Virus record (IMG/VR): IMGVR_UViG_2778261303_000009
DNA: 37,383 bases
Direction: 5' to 3' (one strand)
From: a virus
Lineage: Duplodnaviria > Heunggongvirae > Uroviricota > Caudoviricetes
Under the pieces are notes generated by a model. The model was not told the origin of the DNA. It did not search any database and saw only the letters and a list, made by a program, of their open reading frames with translations. Both the position numbers and the translations under genes were made by a program. Shown in pieces: positions 8,527 to 17,498 of this stretch. The first letter of the stretch is position 1, and every line of letters begins with the position of its first letter.

Positions 8527-9614
8527 TAAAATTAGATGCTAGAAGAATAAATGCGTCAACTGTCGGAGATTATTCTTGGTACTCTGACCTCGTATATTTC
8601 GATGGTCCCCTAATTTGCTTGTTTAGAGGAAGCGGATATAAAGATGCTCTTTATGTCTGGCTCGATAATTCGGAGCGTGCCAATCGTTGGTGCTTGATTC
8701 CAGTATCAAGATCTACTTTGGACTCTTATCTTAACCAAAGAATGAGTTTAAGGGAGATTATACAATCGAGCGAATATACATATATCTGCGATCATTTTGC
8801 GGAAACAGGAAGGAAGCACTACAACATTTTGCACGTTGATAGTTTTCCTGAGGAGTATATGCCTGATGAAGATTCATATTTGTATGAAGAAATATGTACT
8901 GATGATGCATTGCTGTTGAAGCAGGAGCGCACCTCCAGTTATATGCTTGGATTAGATAATCAGTTGTTTATAAATGATTTATCTGTAATACCAAAAATTT
9001 TCGAACAGCTCTATTCTTTCCATTACGGATTGGCTCATTTAGGACGGTTGTCGATTAGAAATACCATGTTGCGTCTGATGGGGAATTGGACGGGTGGAAT
9101 ATCAGCAGTAAATATATTTTCAGGGTTGAAAAATGTTATTCCTGTTTTGCATCGACCAGAGATTAGCTCTCTCCAATACAATTCACCGGGGCATATTGAG
9201 TTAAATTTACTTCCTGATTTGGCTCAAAGTGTTCAAGATGCATCTATTCGTGTGAAAAGTGAGCTAGTTTATGACCGTCTGGAGAAAATGTATAAAAATA
9301 CATATGCATACTTCAAGGATAATGGGCTGTCAGGCTTTGATGAAGACGGCGGCATTGAAATTAGAAATATCGATAGTGATACCACCGAAAACCTACGTAA
9401 ACGCGTAAGAATATTTTTTAGATGTTTGGGGTGGTCAAGTTATCAAGCTCAGTTTGATCTGATCGGTGCCCATCCTCTACAACAATTACGTGCTGTGATG
9501 GCCTACTACAGGCGGCTCAAAATCTTGCGTGAATACATTGTCTCCGAGAAGCTTTTTGTTGGTCAGTCTCGGCTGTTACAGCAGCCACAAATTGCTCTGC
9601 CTCCTGAGGATTAG
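8523..9614 (+). CDS. Cargo protein 2 (363 aa, no recognised domain)
   Basis: Translationally coupled to protein 1. AT-rich codon usage unlike the flanking phage genes. Confidence 0.65.
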   Translation: MIKLDARRINASTVGDYSWYSDLVYFDGPLICLFRGSGYKDALYVWLDNSERANRWCLIPVSRSTLDSYLNQRMSLREIIQSSEYTYICDHFAETGRKHYNILHVDSFPEEYMPDEDSYLYEEICTDDALLLKQERTSSYMLGLDNQLFINDLSVIPKIFEQLYSFHYGLAHLGRLSIRNTMLRLMGNWTGGISAVNIFSGLKNVIPVLHRPEISSLQYNSPGHIELNLLPDLAQSVQDASIRVKSELVYDRLEKMYKNTYAYFKDNGLSGFDEDGGIEIRNIDSDTTENLRKRVRIFFRCLGWSSYQAQFDLIGAHPLQQLRAVMAYYRRLKILREYIVSEKLFVGQSRLLQQPQIALPPED

Positions 9615-9631
9615 ATTCTGCGTTATGCTGC

Positions 9632-10972
9632 ATGAATCCGCATGATCGTTTGAGGATCGTTCTAGATGAGGCCCGCCAGCAATGGCGGGCTTTTGCTAAT
9701 GTCATGCTGGCGCATGAAAACCGCTACATAAAGTGGGCAGGCGTGGCGGGGATACGATTGCGCGCTTATTCCAAAACGGCAATAATTAACTTTTCAAAAC
9801 ATCTACCAGGAAAGACAATGCTTATCTGCGAAGACCATATCGTCGAACCAAACGTAAAAAATCATGTTCGTCTGCAAACTGACAACAACATTTGTGTGTT
9901 TTGTAATGCTGTTACAAAATGCCTAGATACTGATTCGATAGAAGCTCGAAATTTGCTAAAAGCAATCTTACGTTATAACTTTGATGAAGTTCTCTATAAT
10001 ACACATATTGGTGGTGACTATTTCCCAGGTTTTTTATTAGCAGATGATTATATATTTTGCAGGGATATCCAAAGTTACGCTGAAGCATTTACTGATCTTG
10101 ATAGTGAAATATGGAGTATGGGGTTCACAACTGCAGGTGAGATTGATATACATTCAGGACATGATCAAGATGGCATGATGAATATGCCGCTTATGTCAAT
10201 TATTAACTCATATCATCCATTTATAGGAAAATTATCTAAGAAACTTGCTGAAGTAAATTACCATGAGTTTGAAGATGAATTGAGGGATATCATTAAAGAT
10301 TATGGGAATTCTTTTGCCAAAATAATTGAGGGTGGTTCTGTAGTTTATCGTGCTCGCGTAGGGACTGCTGGTTATAAAAAAGCTCATGAAGATTTTAACT
10401 ATGAAGGGAAGAAAATATTCGTTCCATACAAAAATAAAGAAATAGGTTCTGTTCCTCCTCTTAAAGCAACGGCAGGTAGAGCTAATAGAGTCGGGGTTTC
10501 ATACTTATATTGCGCGACTGATAGCTATACAGCGATCGCTGAGGTGAGACCTCATCCTACAGATGTAGTTTCTTTAGGTAAATTTAGCGTATCGCGAGCT
10601 TTAAAAGTATTCGATTTTTCATATCCAAACTTATTAGACTTTATCGAAAATGGCGATACTTTATTGAGAATGATTCCTTACGCTAAAATGGCGGGTATTT
10701 ATAATACCGCTACACCCCCCTCTTTGGAAGGAAGGTATAGTGTTTCGCAGCTCATATCTGACTGCATAAGAAAGGAAGGATACGATGGCATACAGTTTTC
10801 AAGCACTGTTGGTGAAGGGAAAAATTTAGTTGTGTTTAATCCTAGTTACATGGAATTTATTGAGGGGAGTTCAACGGTAATTGAAATTGACAAGGTACAA
10901 TATACATACAAAGAAAAACAAGTAGTAGGGATGAATGATCAGTGGGAGATTTATTATAATGAAGTTGAATAG
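9632..10972 (+). CDS. Cargo protein 3 (446 aa): N-terminal Cys/His-containing region plus C-terminal RES-like domain
   Basis: C-terminal half carries RES-domain-like motifs: VVYRARVG, then AGRANRVGVSYLYCATDSYTAIAEVRPH (GRxN...LYxA...AxxE), then GYDGIQFSSTVGEGKNLVVFNP (DGIxxxS...N.VVF). The start codon is uncertain because the RBS is weak. Confidence 0.65.
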   Translation: MNPHDRLRIVLDEARQQWRAFANVMLAHENRYIKWAGVAGIRLRAYSKTAIINFSKHLPGKTMLICEDHIVEPNVKNHVRLQTDNNICVFCNAVTKCLDTDSIEARNLLKAILRYNFDEVLYNTHIGGDYFPGFLLADDYIFCRDIQSYAEAFTDLDSEIWSMGFTTAGEIDIHSGHDQDGMMNMPLMSIINSYHPFIGKLSKKLAEVNYHEFEDELRDIIKDYGNSFAKIIEGGSVVYRARVGTAGYKKAHEDFNYEGKKIFVPYKNKEIGSVPPLKATAGRANRVGVSYLYCATDSYTAIAEVRPHPTDVVSLGKFSVSRALKVFDFSYPNLLDFIENGDTLLRMIPYAKMAGIYNTATPPSLEGRYSVSQLISDCIRKEGYDGIQFSSTVGEGKNLVVFNPSYMEFIEGSSTVIEIDKVQYTYKEKQVVGMNDQWEIYYNEVE

Positions 10973-10981
10973 GTAAATGTG

Positions 10982-11003
10982 GCTCCGCAATTTTTGGCGG
11001 AGC
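10982..11003. terminator. Bidirectional hairpin between convergent cargo operon and portal gene (gctccgc-aatttttg-gcggagc)
   Basis: 7-bp perfect stem with a T-rich loop and flank, in the 44-bp gap between the stop of cargo protein 3 (10972) and the stop of Q (11017). Confidence 0.35.
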
Positions 11004-11016
11004 TAATTTTATGATG

Positions 11017-12048
11017 TTAACCTAATGAGTATGAGTCAAATCTTATTGTTTTATCTCCTAGCCAATTGTTAATTTCGACCATTCTTTTCTGTAATGGAAT
11101 AAGCTCATTTCGCACAAATACATTAGCCGCCTTCTCCACATCCCCAAATCCCCCAACATTATTCGGCATAATCCCCATCATTTGCGGCGGTACACGGTGC
11201 GCAGCCATCATGTCATCACGGCTCACGTTCTTGATATTCAGAAACTCATCCTTCGCTGCGACTTCTGACAACGGGATAATCTGAAGTCCGTCCTTTTTGC
11301 CGTTAGGCGAGTACATAAACAGATTGCGGAAGTTGCCAGGGCCTTTGGCGCTTTTCATCGCATTGCGGAGGTTGTTCACATCCTCCTGGTTCTGCGCTGC
11401 ATCGGTCATGTACATGATGAAGCCTGCATGACTACCGTTAATGTAATATTTGCGGCGGAACAGCGTGGCGGACTCGTTGAGCAAAGCGGATGGGATGGCA
11501 GAAAGATAGCCGGGCAGGCCGTAGATCTCCTGATTAATATCCGGTTCCATCAGATGAAAAATGCTGCCTTTCGTGAACTGATACGGCTGGGTTGTCATAC
11601 CGTATTGCACAAACCAGTAGGTATCCAGGTCTAACCCGCGTCGGGTATATTTTGCCAGGGCAGGCTCAAGGGCGATAACTTCACCGAAGCGGTTCGTGCG
11701 TTTCTCCAGGTAGGCGTTACCAAATACCAGGTAGTCCTGCACAAAACGTGAAAAAGCCTGCTGGCTGAGCAGCGGGTGAGGGATATAGGTACTGGTCAGA
11801 ATGTTGCACTTTACTGCAATCGGGGAACTGTGATGCACGGCAGCGCGGAAGGTGCGCGCCAGTCCGTCAAAGCTGACGGGCGGCTCATACCAACGGTCCA
11901 TCTGTACGCATTCCACATAGTCCAGTAGTTCGCGGCGGTCCAGAACAGGAACGGGATCACCGAAGCTGAATGCTTCGGCTGTAGTTTGACTTTTATGCTG
12001 GATCTGGTTCGTCGACGCAGCGCGGTTCTTCTTACTCTTTCCCATCAA
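11017..12048 (-). CDS. Q: Portal protein (P2 gpQ-like)
   Basis: 343-aa ORF resembling P2-family portal proteins as recalled. Overlaps the terminase gene start, as in the P2 Q-P operon. Confidence 0.9.
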   Translation of the reverse strand: MMGKSKKNRAASTNQIQHKSQTTAEAFSFGDPVPVLDRRELLDYVECVQMDRWYEPPVSFDGLARTFRAAVHHSSPIAVKCNILTSTYIPHPLLSQQAFSRFVQDYLVFGNAYLEKRTNRFGEVIALEPALAKYTRRGLDLDTYWFVQYGMTTQPYQFTKGSIFHLMEPDINQEIYGLPGYLSAIPSALLNESATLFRRKYYINGSHAGFIMYMTDAAQNQEDVNNLRNAMKSAKGPGNFRNLFMYSPNGKKDGLQIIPLSEVAAKDEFLNIKNVSRDDMMAAHRVPPQMMGIMPNNVGGFGDVEKAANVFVRNELIPLQKRMVEINNWLGDKTIRFDSYSLG

Positions 12049-13811
12049 AAAATCTCCACAATATTACTGGTATTGGCGGACTCGCCCTGCAGTGGTTCGT
12101 TAAACAGTGCGTGCATTGTTGCCCAGGCCAGATCGGCGTGGCTGGCTTCTTCGCTGCGGCTGGCTTCATAGGTCGGGCGGTTGCCACTGGCGGTGGTGGA
12201 GCGACGGATTGCCATAAAGGACTGCGCTATGTCGGTGTGTCCGGCGTCAAACTCCAGACGGCGGTGGCTGATAATGTCGTAGGCCTTGAGTACCAGGGCG
12301 TTTTTAACGTTGGGGTTGTAGACAAACTCCCGGACGGCAGGAAAGAACGCTTTCACGTTCTCGTAAACCCCGTGACCAACGCCGGTTGAGTCGATACCGA
12401 TATAAGTCACGTTGTACTGTTCGGTAAGTTTTTTGATGGCGTCAGCCTGGGCGCGGAAGTCCATCCCGCGCCACTGGTGACGCTCAAGAATGCGGAACTT
12501 ACCGCCCGACACGGCTGGCGGTGCCACCACCACGCATCCGGCGCTGTCGCCGTTTTGCGTACCTTTTGCCGGGTCATAACCGATCCACACTTCGCGCCAT
12601 CCAAACGGGCGCAGGGCCAGTGCATGAAAGTCGGTCCAGACTTCCCAACTGTCCACCATGCACGCCTGCAGCTCGCTGAGCGGAAACACGGACGCGAGAT
12701 CGTCCACAAACTCGCACATCAGCAGGTTCTGGTATTCGTCCGGGCTGTACTCCATGCGCAACTGATCGAGGTCGAAAAGGTTACAGCCGCCGCGCACCGC
12801 ATCTTCCACGGTCACTATCTGGCGGTACTGCCCGTCTGCGCACAGCAGGCCGGGGGCCAGATTGCTGTGGGACAGGTCGATGTCCACCTTGTCAGCTTTG
12901 TTGCGCCCACGGTTGAACAGCGCACCTGACCAGAACGGATAAGCACTGTGTGTCAGGCTGGATGGCGTGGAAAAATAGGTCTGTCGCCATTTCTTGTGAA
13001 TAGCCATACCGGAAGCCACTTTGCGCAGCTCCTGGAATTTCGGTATCCAGAAATATTCATCCAGATACAGGTTGCCGTGGTAACTCTGGGCCGTGCGGGC
13101 ATTGGTGCCGAGGAAATACAGTGTGGCCCCGTTGGGAAGCACCATCGGATCGCCTTTCATCTCCACCTCCACTTCTTTGGCGAAGTCGATGATGTACTGC
13201 TTAAAGACGTGAGCCTGTGCCTTACTGGCAGAAAGGAAAATCTGGTTACGTCCGGTAAGCAGGGCGTCAATCAGGGCTTCACGGGCAAAGTAAAAGGTCG
13301 CGCCGATCTGGCGTGACTTCAGCAGGTTGCGGATGCGGTTGGTTTTTCCGGCTTCCCACCAGTGGCGCTGGTAGTTGAACATGGAGGAATGGAAGATTTC
13401 TTCCAGCTTCTCAATCTGTTCATCGGTGAAGACATTCTTTTCCGGCTGACGGCGCGGGCCTTTGTTGCGGTTGGCGACGTTAGGGTTTAAGTCGGCTTCG
13501 TTGCCGCCATTGTTAAACTTGCCGATCCGCGCATGGCGCTCCGACTGGCGCGCCAGCAGGTCAATCTCTTTGAAATCTTTCCCTTCTTTGTGCTCCTTCA
13601 TGATGAGCTGGCAGTAGCGTGCGGCGGTGGTGAGCTGCATCTGATCCAGCGGCCCATAGTCACCCCACTTGTCGCGTTTTTTCCAGCTGTGAACGGTTGC
13701 AACTTTCTCGCCCAGCATTTCAGCAATGCGGGCTACGCGGTATCCCTGAAAGTACAGCAGCATGGCCTGCCGACGGGGATCGAGATCTGCGGGTGTCAGT
13801 GTGGTGTTCAT
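12045..13811 (-). CDS. P: Terminase large (ATPase) subunit (P2 gpP-like)
   Basis: 588-aa ORF resembling P2 gpP as recalled. Divergent from the O-N-M-L operon, as in P2. Confidence 0.9.
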   Translation of the reverse strand: MNTTLTPADLDPRRQAMLLYFQGYRVARIAEMLGEKVATVHSWKKRDKWGDYGPLDQMQLTTAARYCQLIMKEHKEGKDFKEIDLLARQSERHARIGKFNNGGNEADLNPNVANRNKGPRRQPEKNVFTDEQIEKLEEIFHSSMFNYQRHWWEAGKTNRIRNLLKSRQIGATFYFAREALIDALLTGRNQIFLSASKAQAHVFKQYIIDFAKEVEVEMKGDPMVLPNGATLYFLGTNARTAQSYHGNLYLDEYFWIPKFQELRKVASGMAIHKKWRQTYFSTPSSLTHSAYPFWSGALFNRGRNKADKVDIDLSHSNLAPGLLCADGQYRQIVTVEDAVRGGCNLFDLDQLRMEYSPDEYQNLLMCEFVDDLASVFPLSELQACMVDSWEVWTDFHALALRPFGWREVWIGYDPAKGTQNGDSAGCVVVAPPAVSGGKFRILERHQWRGMDFRAQADAIKKLTEQYNVTYIGIDSTGVGHGVYENVKAFFPAVREFVYNPNVKNALVLKAYDIISHRRLEFDAGHTDIAQSFMAIRRSTTASGNRPTYEASRSEEASHADLAWATMHALFNEPLQGESANTSNIVEIF

Positions 13812-13857
13812 GGCACAAACCTACAGCCTTGAATGAAGGCTTTCCCCGCCTGCGGTT

Positions 13858-13875
13858 TGTGTGGTTGTCGGTACA
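13858..13875. promoter_or_regulatory. TGT-N12-ACA dyad (Ogr/B-type late-activator site) in the P/O divergent intergenic region
   Basis: TGTGTGGTTGTCGGTACA lies 55 bp from the P ATG and about 87 bp from the O ATG. The same dyad class recurs upstream of V and FI, the other P2 late-operon starts. Confidence 0.35.
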
Positions 13876-13953
13876 AATACCGCGCATTGTTTCACTGCCC
13901 CCATCACCGCAACCATAAGGCTCCAGTAAGTTTTTTCTAACGGAGCACGGCTC

Positions 13954-14787
13954 ATGACAGTGAAAGCAAAGCGTTTTCGCATCGGGGTGGAAGGTGCCAC
14001 CACCGACGGACGCGAAATCCAGCGTGAATGGCTGGAACAGATGGCAGCCAGCTACAACCCGGCGGTGTATACCGCGCTGATTAACCTTGAGCACATCAAG
14101 TCTTATCTGCCGGACAGCACCTTTAACCGCTACGGCAAGGTGACGGCGCTGTTTGCTGAAGAAATCACGGAAGGTCCGCTGGCGGGCAAGATGGCACTGT
14201 ATGCCGACGTTGAGCCAACGGAGTCCCTGGTGGAGCTGGTGAAAAAAGGCCAGAAATTATTCACCTCTATGGAAGTCAGCCCGAAGTTCGCTGATACGGG
14301 CAAAGCCTACCTGGTTGGCCTAGCTGCCACTGATGATCCAGCCAGTCTGGGTACGGAAATGCTGACATTCAGCGCCAGTGCAGCCCATAACCCGCTGGCA
14401 AACCGCAAGCAGAATCCCGCCAATCTTTTTACCGCTGCAGAGGAAACGGTGATCGAACTGGAAGAAGTCCAGGATGACAAACCGTCCCTGTTTGCCCGCG
14501 TCACGGCGCTGTTCACCAAAAAAGAGCAGTCAGACGATGCCCGGTTCTCTGATGTGCATAAGGCCATGGAGCTGGTTGCCACTGAGCAGCAAAACCTGAG
14601 TGCGCGCACCGAAAAATCCCTGGCTGAACAGGAAGAACGCCTGTCTGAGCTGGAGACTGCTCTGCAGGAGCAGCAAACCGCCTTTAACGAACTGGTGAAT
14701 AAGCTGAGTCATGAAGACAGCCGCCAGGACTACCGCCAGCGTGCAACAGGCGGTAACGCCCCCGCTGACACTCTGACCAATTGCTGA
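13954..14787 (+). CDS. O: Capsid scaffolding protein (P2 gpO-like)
   Basis: 277-aa ORF with a GGAG RBS; acidic coiled-coil-like C-terminal half. First gene of the rightward head operon. Confidence 0.85.
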   Translation: MTVKAKRFRIGVEGATTDGREIQREWLEQMAASYNPAVYTALINLEHIKSYLPDSTFNRYGKVTALFAEEITEGPLAGKMALYADVEPTESLVELVKKGQKLFTSMEVSPKFADTGKAYLVGLAATDDPASLGTEMLTFSASAAHNPLANRKQNPANLFTAAEETVIELEEVQDDKPSLFARVTALFTKKEQSDDARFSDVHKAMELVATEQQNLSARTEKSLAEQEERLSELETALQEQQTAFNELVNKLSHEDSRQDYRQRATGGNAPADTLTNC

Positions 14788-14803
14788 TGGAGCACAAAAC
14801 CTG

Positions 14804-15862
14804 ATGAAGAAGAATACCCGCTTTGCTTTTAACGCTTACCTGCAGCAGCTGGCACGTCTGAACGGTGTGGCTGTTGAAGAACTGTCCAGCAAGTTCACCG
14901 TAGAGCCGTCTGTGCAGCAGACGCTGGAAGACCAGATCCAGCAGTCCGCCGCTTTCCTGACGCTGATTAACGTCACGCCAGTGACTGAGCAGTCCGGTCA
15001 GCTGCTGGGGCTGGGGGTTGGCAGCACCATTGCCGGAACCACTGATACCACCGCGAAAGAGCGTGAACCTGTCGATCCGACGCTGATGGTCGATGTGGAA
15101 TACAAATGCGAACAGACCAACTTTGACACGGTGCTGACCTACGCGAAGCTGGACCTGTGGGCGAAGTTTCAGGATTTCCAGGTGCGTATCCGTGACGCCA
15201 TCGTGAAACGTCAGGCACTGGACCGCATCATGATCGGCTTTAACGGCGTGAAGCGTGCGAAAACCTCCAACCGTAGCGAAAACCCGCTGCTGCAGGATGT
15301 GAACAAAGGCTGGCTGCAGAAAATCCGTGAGGATGCACCGGATCACGTCATGGGCAGCACCACCACGGGCGGTGAAACCACACCGGGTGCGGTGAAAGTC
15401 GGTAAAGGTGGCGAATATGCCAACCTGGACACCGTGGTGATGGATGCCGTTAATGAGCTTATCGACGTGGTCTACCAGGACGATGACGATCTGGTGGTGA
15501 TTTGCGGTCGTGAACTGCTGTCTGACAAGTATTTCCCGCTGGTCAACAAAGAGCAGGAAAACAGTGAAAAACTGGCTGCCGATATGATCATCAGCCAGAA
15601 ACGCATGGGTGGCCTGCAGGCCGTGCGTGCGCCGTTCTTCCCGCCGAATGCGCTGCTGATCACCCGTCTGGATAACCTGTCCATCTACTGGCAGGAAGAT
15701 ACCCGCCGCCGTTCAGTTATCGACAACCCGAAACGTGACCGGATTGAAAACTTTGAATCCGTTAACGAAGCCTATGTGGTTGAGGACTACCGCTGCGCCG
15801 CACTGGTGGAAAATATCCAGATTGGCGATTTCAGCGCCGCCGCAGCAGAAACCGGAGCGTAA
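14804..15862 (+). CDS. N: Major capsid protein (P2 gpN-like)
   Basis: 352-aa ORF, N-terminus MKKNTRFAFNAYLQQLARLNG... closely matches P2 gpN as recalled. Confidence 0.9.
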   Translation: MKKNTRFAFNAYLQQLARLNGVAVEELSSKFTVEPSVQQTLEDQIQQSAAFLTLINVTPVTEQSGQLLGLGVGSTIAGTTDTTAKEREPVDPTLMVDVEYKCEQTNFDTVLTYAKLDLWAKFQDFQVRIRDAIVKRQALDRIMIGFNGVKRAKTSNRSENPLLQDVNKGWLQKIREDAPDHVMGSTTTGGETTPGAVKVGKGGEYANLDTVVMDAVNELIDVVYQDDDDLVVICGRELLSDKYFPLVNKEQENSEKLAADMIISQKRMGGLQAVRAPFFPPNALLITRLDNLSIYWQEDTRRRSVIDNPKRDRIENFESVNEAYVVEDYRCAALVENIQIGDFSAAAAETGA

Positions 15863-15865
15863 ATC

Positions 15866-16516
15866 ATGAGCCTGAGTCCCGCACGGCAGCATCGCCTGCG
15901 CGTTCAGGCTGAACAGTCCGCCCGTGAGGGCGGCAGTGTTCGCCATGCGTCGGGCTATGACCTGATGCTGCTGCAACTGGCGGAAGACCGCCGCCGTCTC
16001 AAGGGCGTTCAGTCCACGGTCAAAAAAGCGGAAATCAAGGTGGAGCTGCTGCCGAAATACGCCGCCTGGGCAGAGGGTGTTCTGACTGCCGGAGGCGCTC
16101 AACAGGATGACGTGCTGATGTACGTGATGCTGTGGCGCATTGATGCCGGAGATTATGCCGGGGCGCTGGAGATCGGGCGTCATGCCCTGCGTCATGGCTG
16201 GGTGATGCCGCTGGGTAACCGCAATGTGCAAACCGTGCTGGCAGAGGAAATGGCAGACGCGGCACAGAGCGCAATGCTTGCCACTACCGGCTTTGATGTC
16301 GATCTGTTGCTGCAGACGCTGGAGCTGACAGACGGTCTGGATATGCCGGACCAGTCACGGGCACGTCTGCATAAAGCGATTGGCGCTGTCCTGCGTGAAA
16401 GCAATCCGGCTTCCGCCCTTAATCATCTCAACCATGCGTTACAGCTCGATCCCCGCTGTGGCGTGAAAAAAGACAAACAGCAGCTGGAGCGCAGACTGCG
16501 CAATGACAGCCGCTGA
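15866..16516 (+). CDS. M: Terminase small/endonuclease subunit (P2 gpM-like)
   Basis: 216-aa ORF resembling P2 gpM (LLPKYAAWAEGVL...DDVLMYVMLWRIDAGDYAGALEIG). Confidence 0.85.
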   Translation: MSLSPARQHRLRVQAEQSAREGGSVRHASGYDLMLLQLAEDRRRLKGVQSTVKKAEIKVELLPKYAAWAEGVLTAGGAQQDDVLMYVMLWRIDAGDYAGALEIGRHALRHGWVMPLGNRNVQTVLAEEMADAAQSAMLATTGFDVDLLLQTLELTDGLDMPDQSRARLHKAIGAVLRESNPASALNHLNHALQLDPRCGVKKDKQQLERRLRNDSR

Positions 16517-16611
16517 CAGAACGTGCCCCCGCGCACGGGCGGCACGGGGTGGCGAAAGGCACTGTCACATCAAAACCCCGTCCACCGCCCTTTATTTCAG
16601 GAGAAAGCAGC

Positions 16612-17076
16612 ATGAAGTTTGTTGCGCCAGAACAGGCACCGGAACAGGCGGAAATCATCAGAAATACGCCGTTCTGGCCTGATGTGGACCTGTCGGAGTT
16701 TCGCAGCGTGATGCGCACTGACGGCACGGTGACGCAGCCGCGTTTAAAGCAGGTTGCGCTGTCGGCAATTTCGGAGGTCAACGCAGAGCTGTATGAGTTT
16801 CGCAGACGCCAGCAGATGCTGGGGTATGCCTCGCTGGCAGAGGTTCCGGCGGAACAGCTGGACGGCAAAAGTGAGCGCATTCAGCACTATTTCAACGCGG
16901 TTTACTGCTGGGCACGCGCCATGCTCAACGAACGTTACCAGGACTATGACGCCACGGCGTCCGGTGTGAAGCGGGGCGAGGAACTGGCGGAAGCAAGCGG
17001 TGATTTGTGGCGTGACGCCCGCTGGGCCATCAGCCGGGTGCAGGATGCGCCGCACTGCACAGTGGAGCTTATCTGA
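16612..17076 (+). CDS. L: Head completion/stabilisation protein (P2 gpL-like)
   Basis: ATG at 16612 preceded by an AGGAG RBS; the ORF-track upstream extension lacks an RBS. Confidence 0.8.
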   Translation: MKFVAPEQAPEQAEIIRNTPFWPDVDLSEFRSVMRTDGTVTQPRLKQVALSAISEVNAELYEFRRRQQMLGYASLAEVPAEQLDGKSERIQHYFNAVYCWARAMLNERYQDYDATASGVKRGEELAEASGDLWRDARWAISRVQDAPHCTVELI

Positions 17077-17279
17077 TGAAAGTGCGAGCGCATCAGTATG
17101 ACACGGTGGACGCGCTTTGCTGGCGTCATTACGGGCGCACGCAGGGTGTCACGGAGCAGGTACTGAAGGCAAATCCGGGGCTTGCCGAATTTGGCCCCTT
17201 TTTACCTCACGGGCTGCAGGTGGAGCTGCCGGACATTCCGACCACCACCACCGTGCAGACCGTCCAGCTATGGGACTGA
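17076..17279 (+). CDS. X: Tail protein X (P2 gpX-like)
   Basis: 67-aa ORF whose start overlaps the L stop (TGATG). Sequence HQYDTVDALCWRHYG... is typical of gpX. Confidence 0.8.
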   Translation: MKVRAHQYDTVDALCWRHYGRTQGVTEQVLKANPGLAEFGPFLPHGLQVELPDIPTTTTVQTVQLWD

Positions 17280-17282
17280 ATT

Positions 17283-17498
17283 ATGACGCTTGAGCGAATC
17301 AGCGCCTTTATCACGTATTGCATCGCCGTTGTGCTGGCCTGGCTGGGCGATTTGTCCATCAAGGATGCCTCAACGCTGGGCGGCCTGATGATCGGTGTGC
17401 TGATGCTGGCTATCAACTGGTACTACAAACACAAAGCCTACCAGCTTCTGCGCGACGGGCAGATCTCGCGGGAGGACTATGAATCCATCAATCGTTAA
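17283..17498 (+). CDS. Putative holin
   Basis: 71-aa ORF with two hydrophobic segments and a charged C-terminus, immediately upstream of the endolysin. Confidence 0.55.
   Translation: MTLERISAFITYCIAVVLAWLGDLSIKDASTLGGLMIGVLMLAINWYYKHKAYQLLRDGQISREDYESINR

Noticed and set aside
13800-13817. Second TGT-N12-ACA dyad (TGTGGTGTTCATGGCACA) overlapping the P start codon
   Set aside because: It lies downstream of any possible P promoter and about 145 bp from the O start; probably a chance occurrence, though a second activator site cannot be excluded.
14684-15346. 220-aa minus-strand ORF overlapping the scaffold and major capsid genes
   Set aside because: Antisense to two conserved structural genes; GC-rich frame artefact.
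16549-16611. Upstream extension of head completion gene L
   Set aside because: The internal ATG at 16612 has a canonical RBS and matches the expected gpL N-terminus (MKF...).
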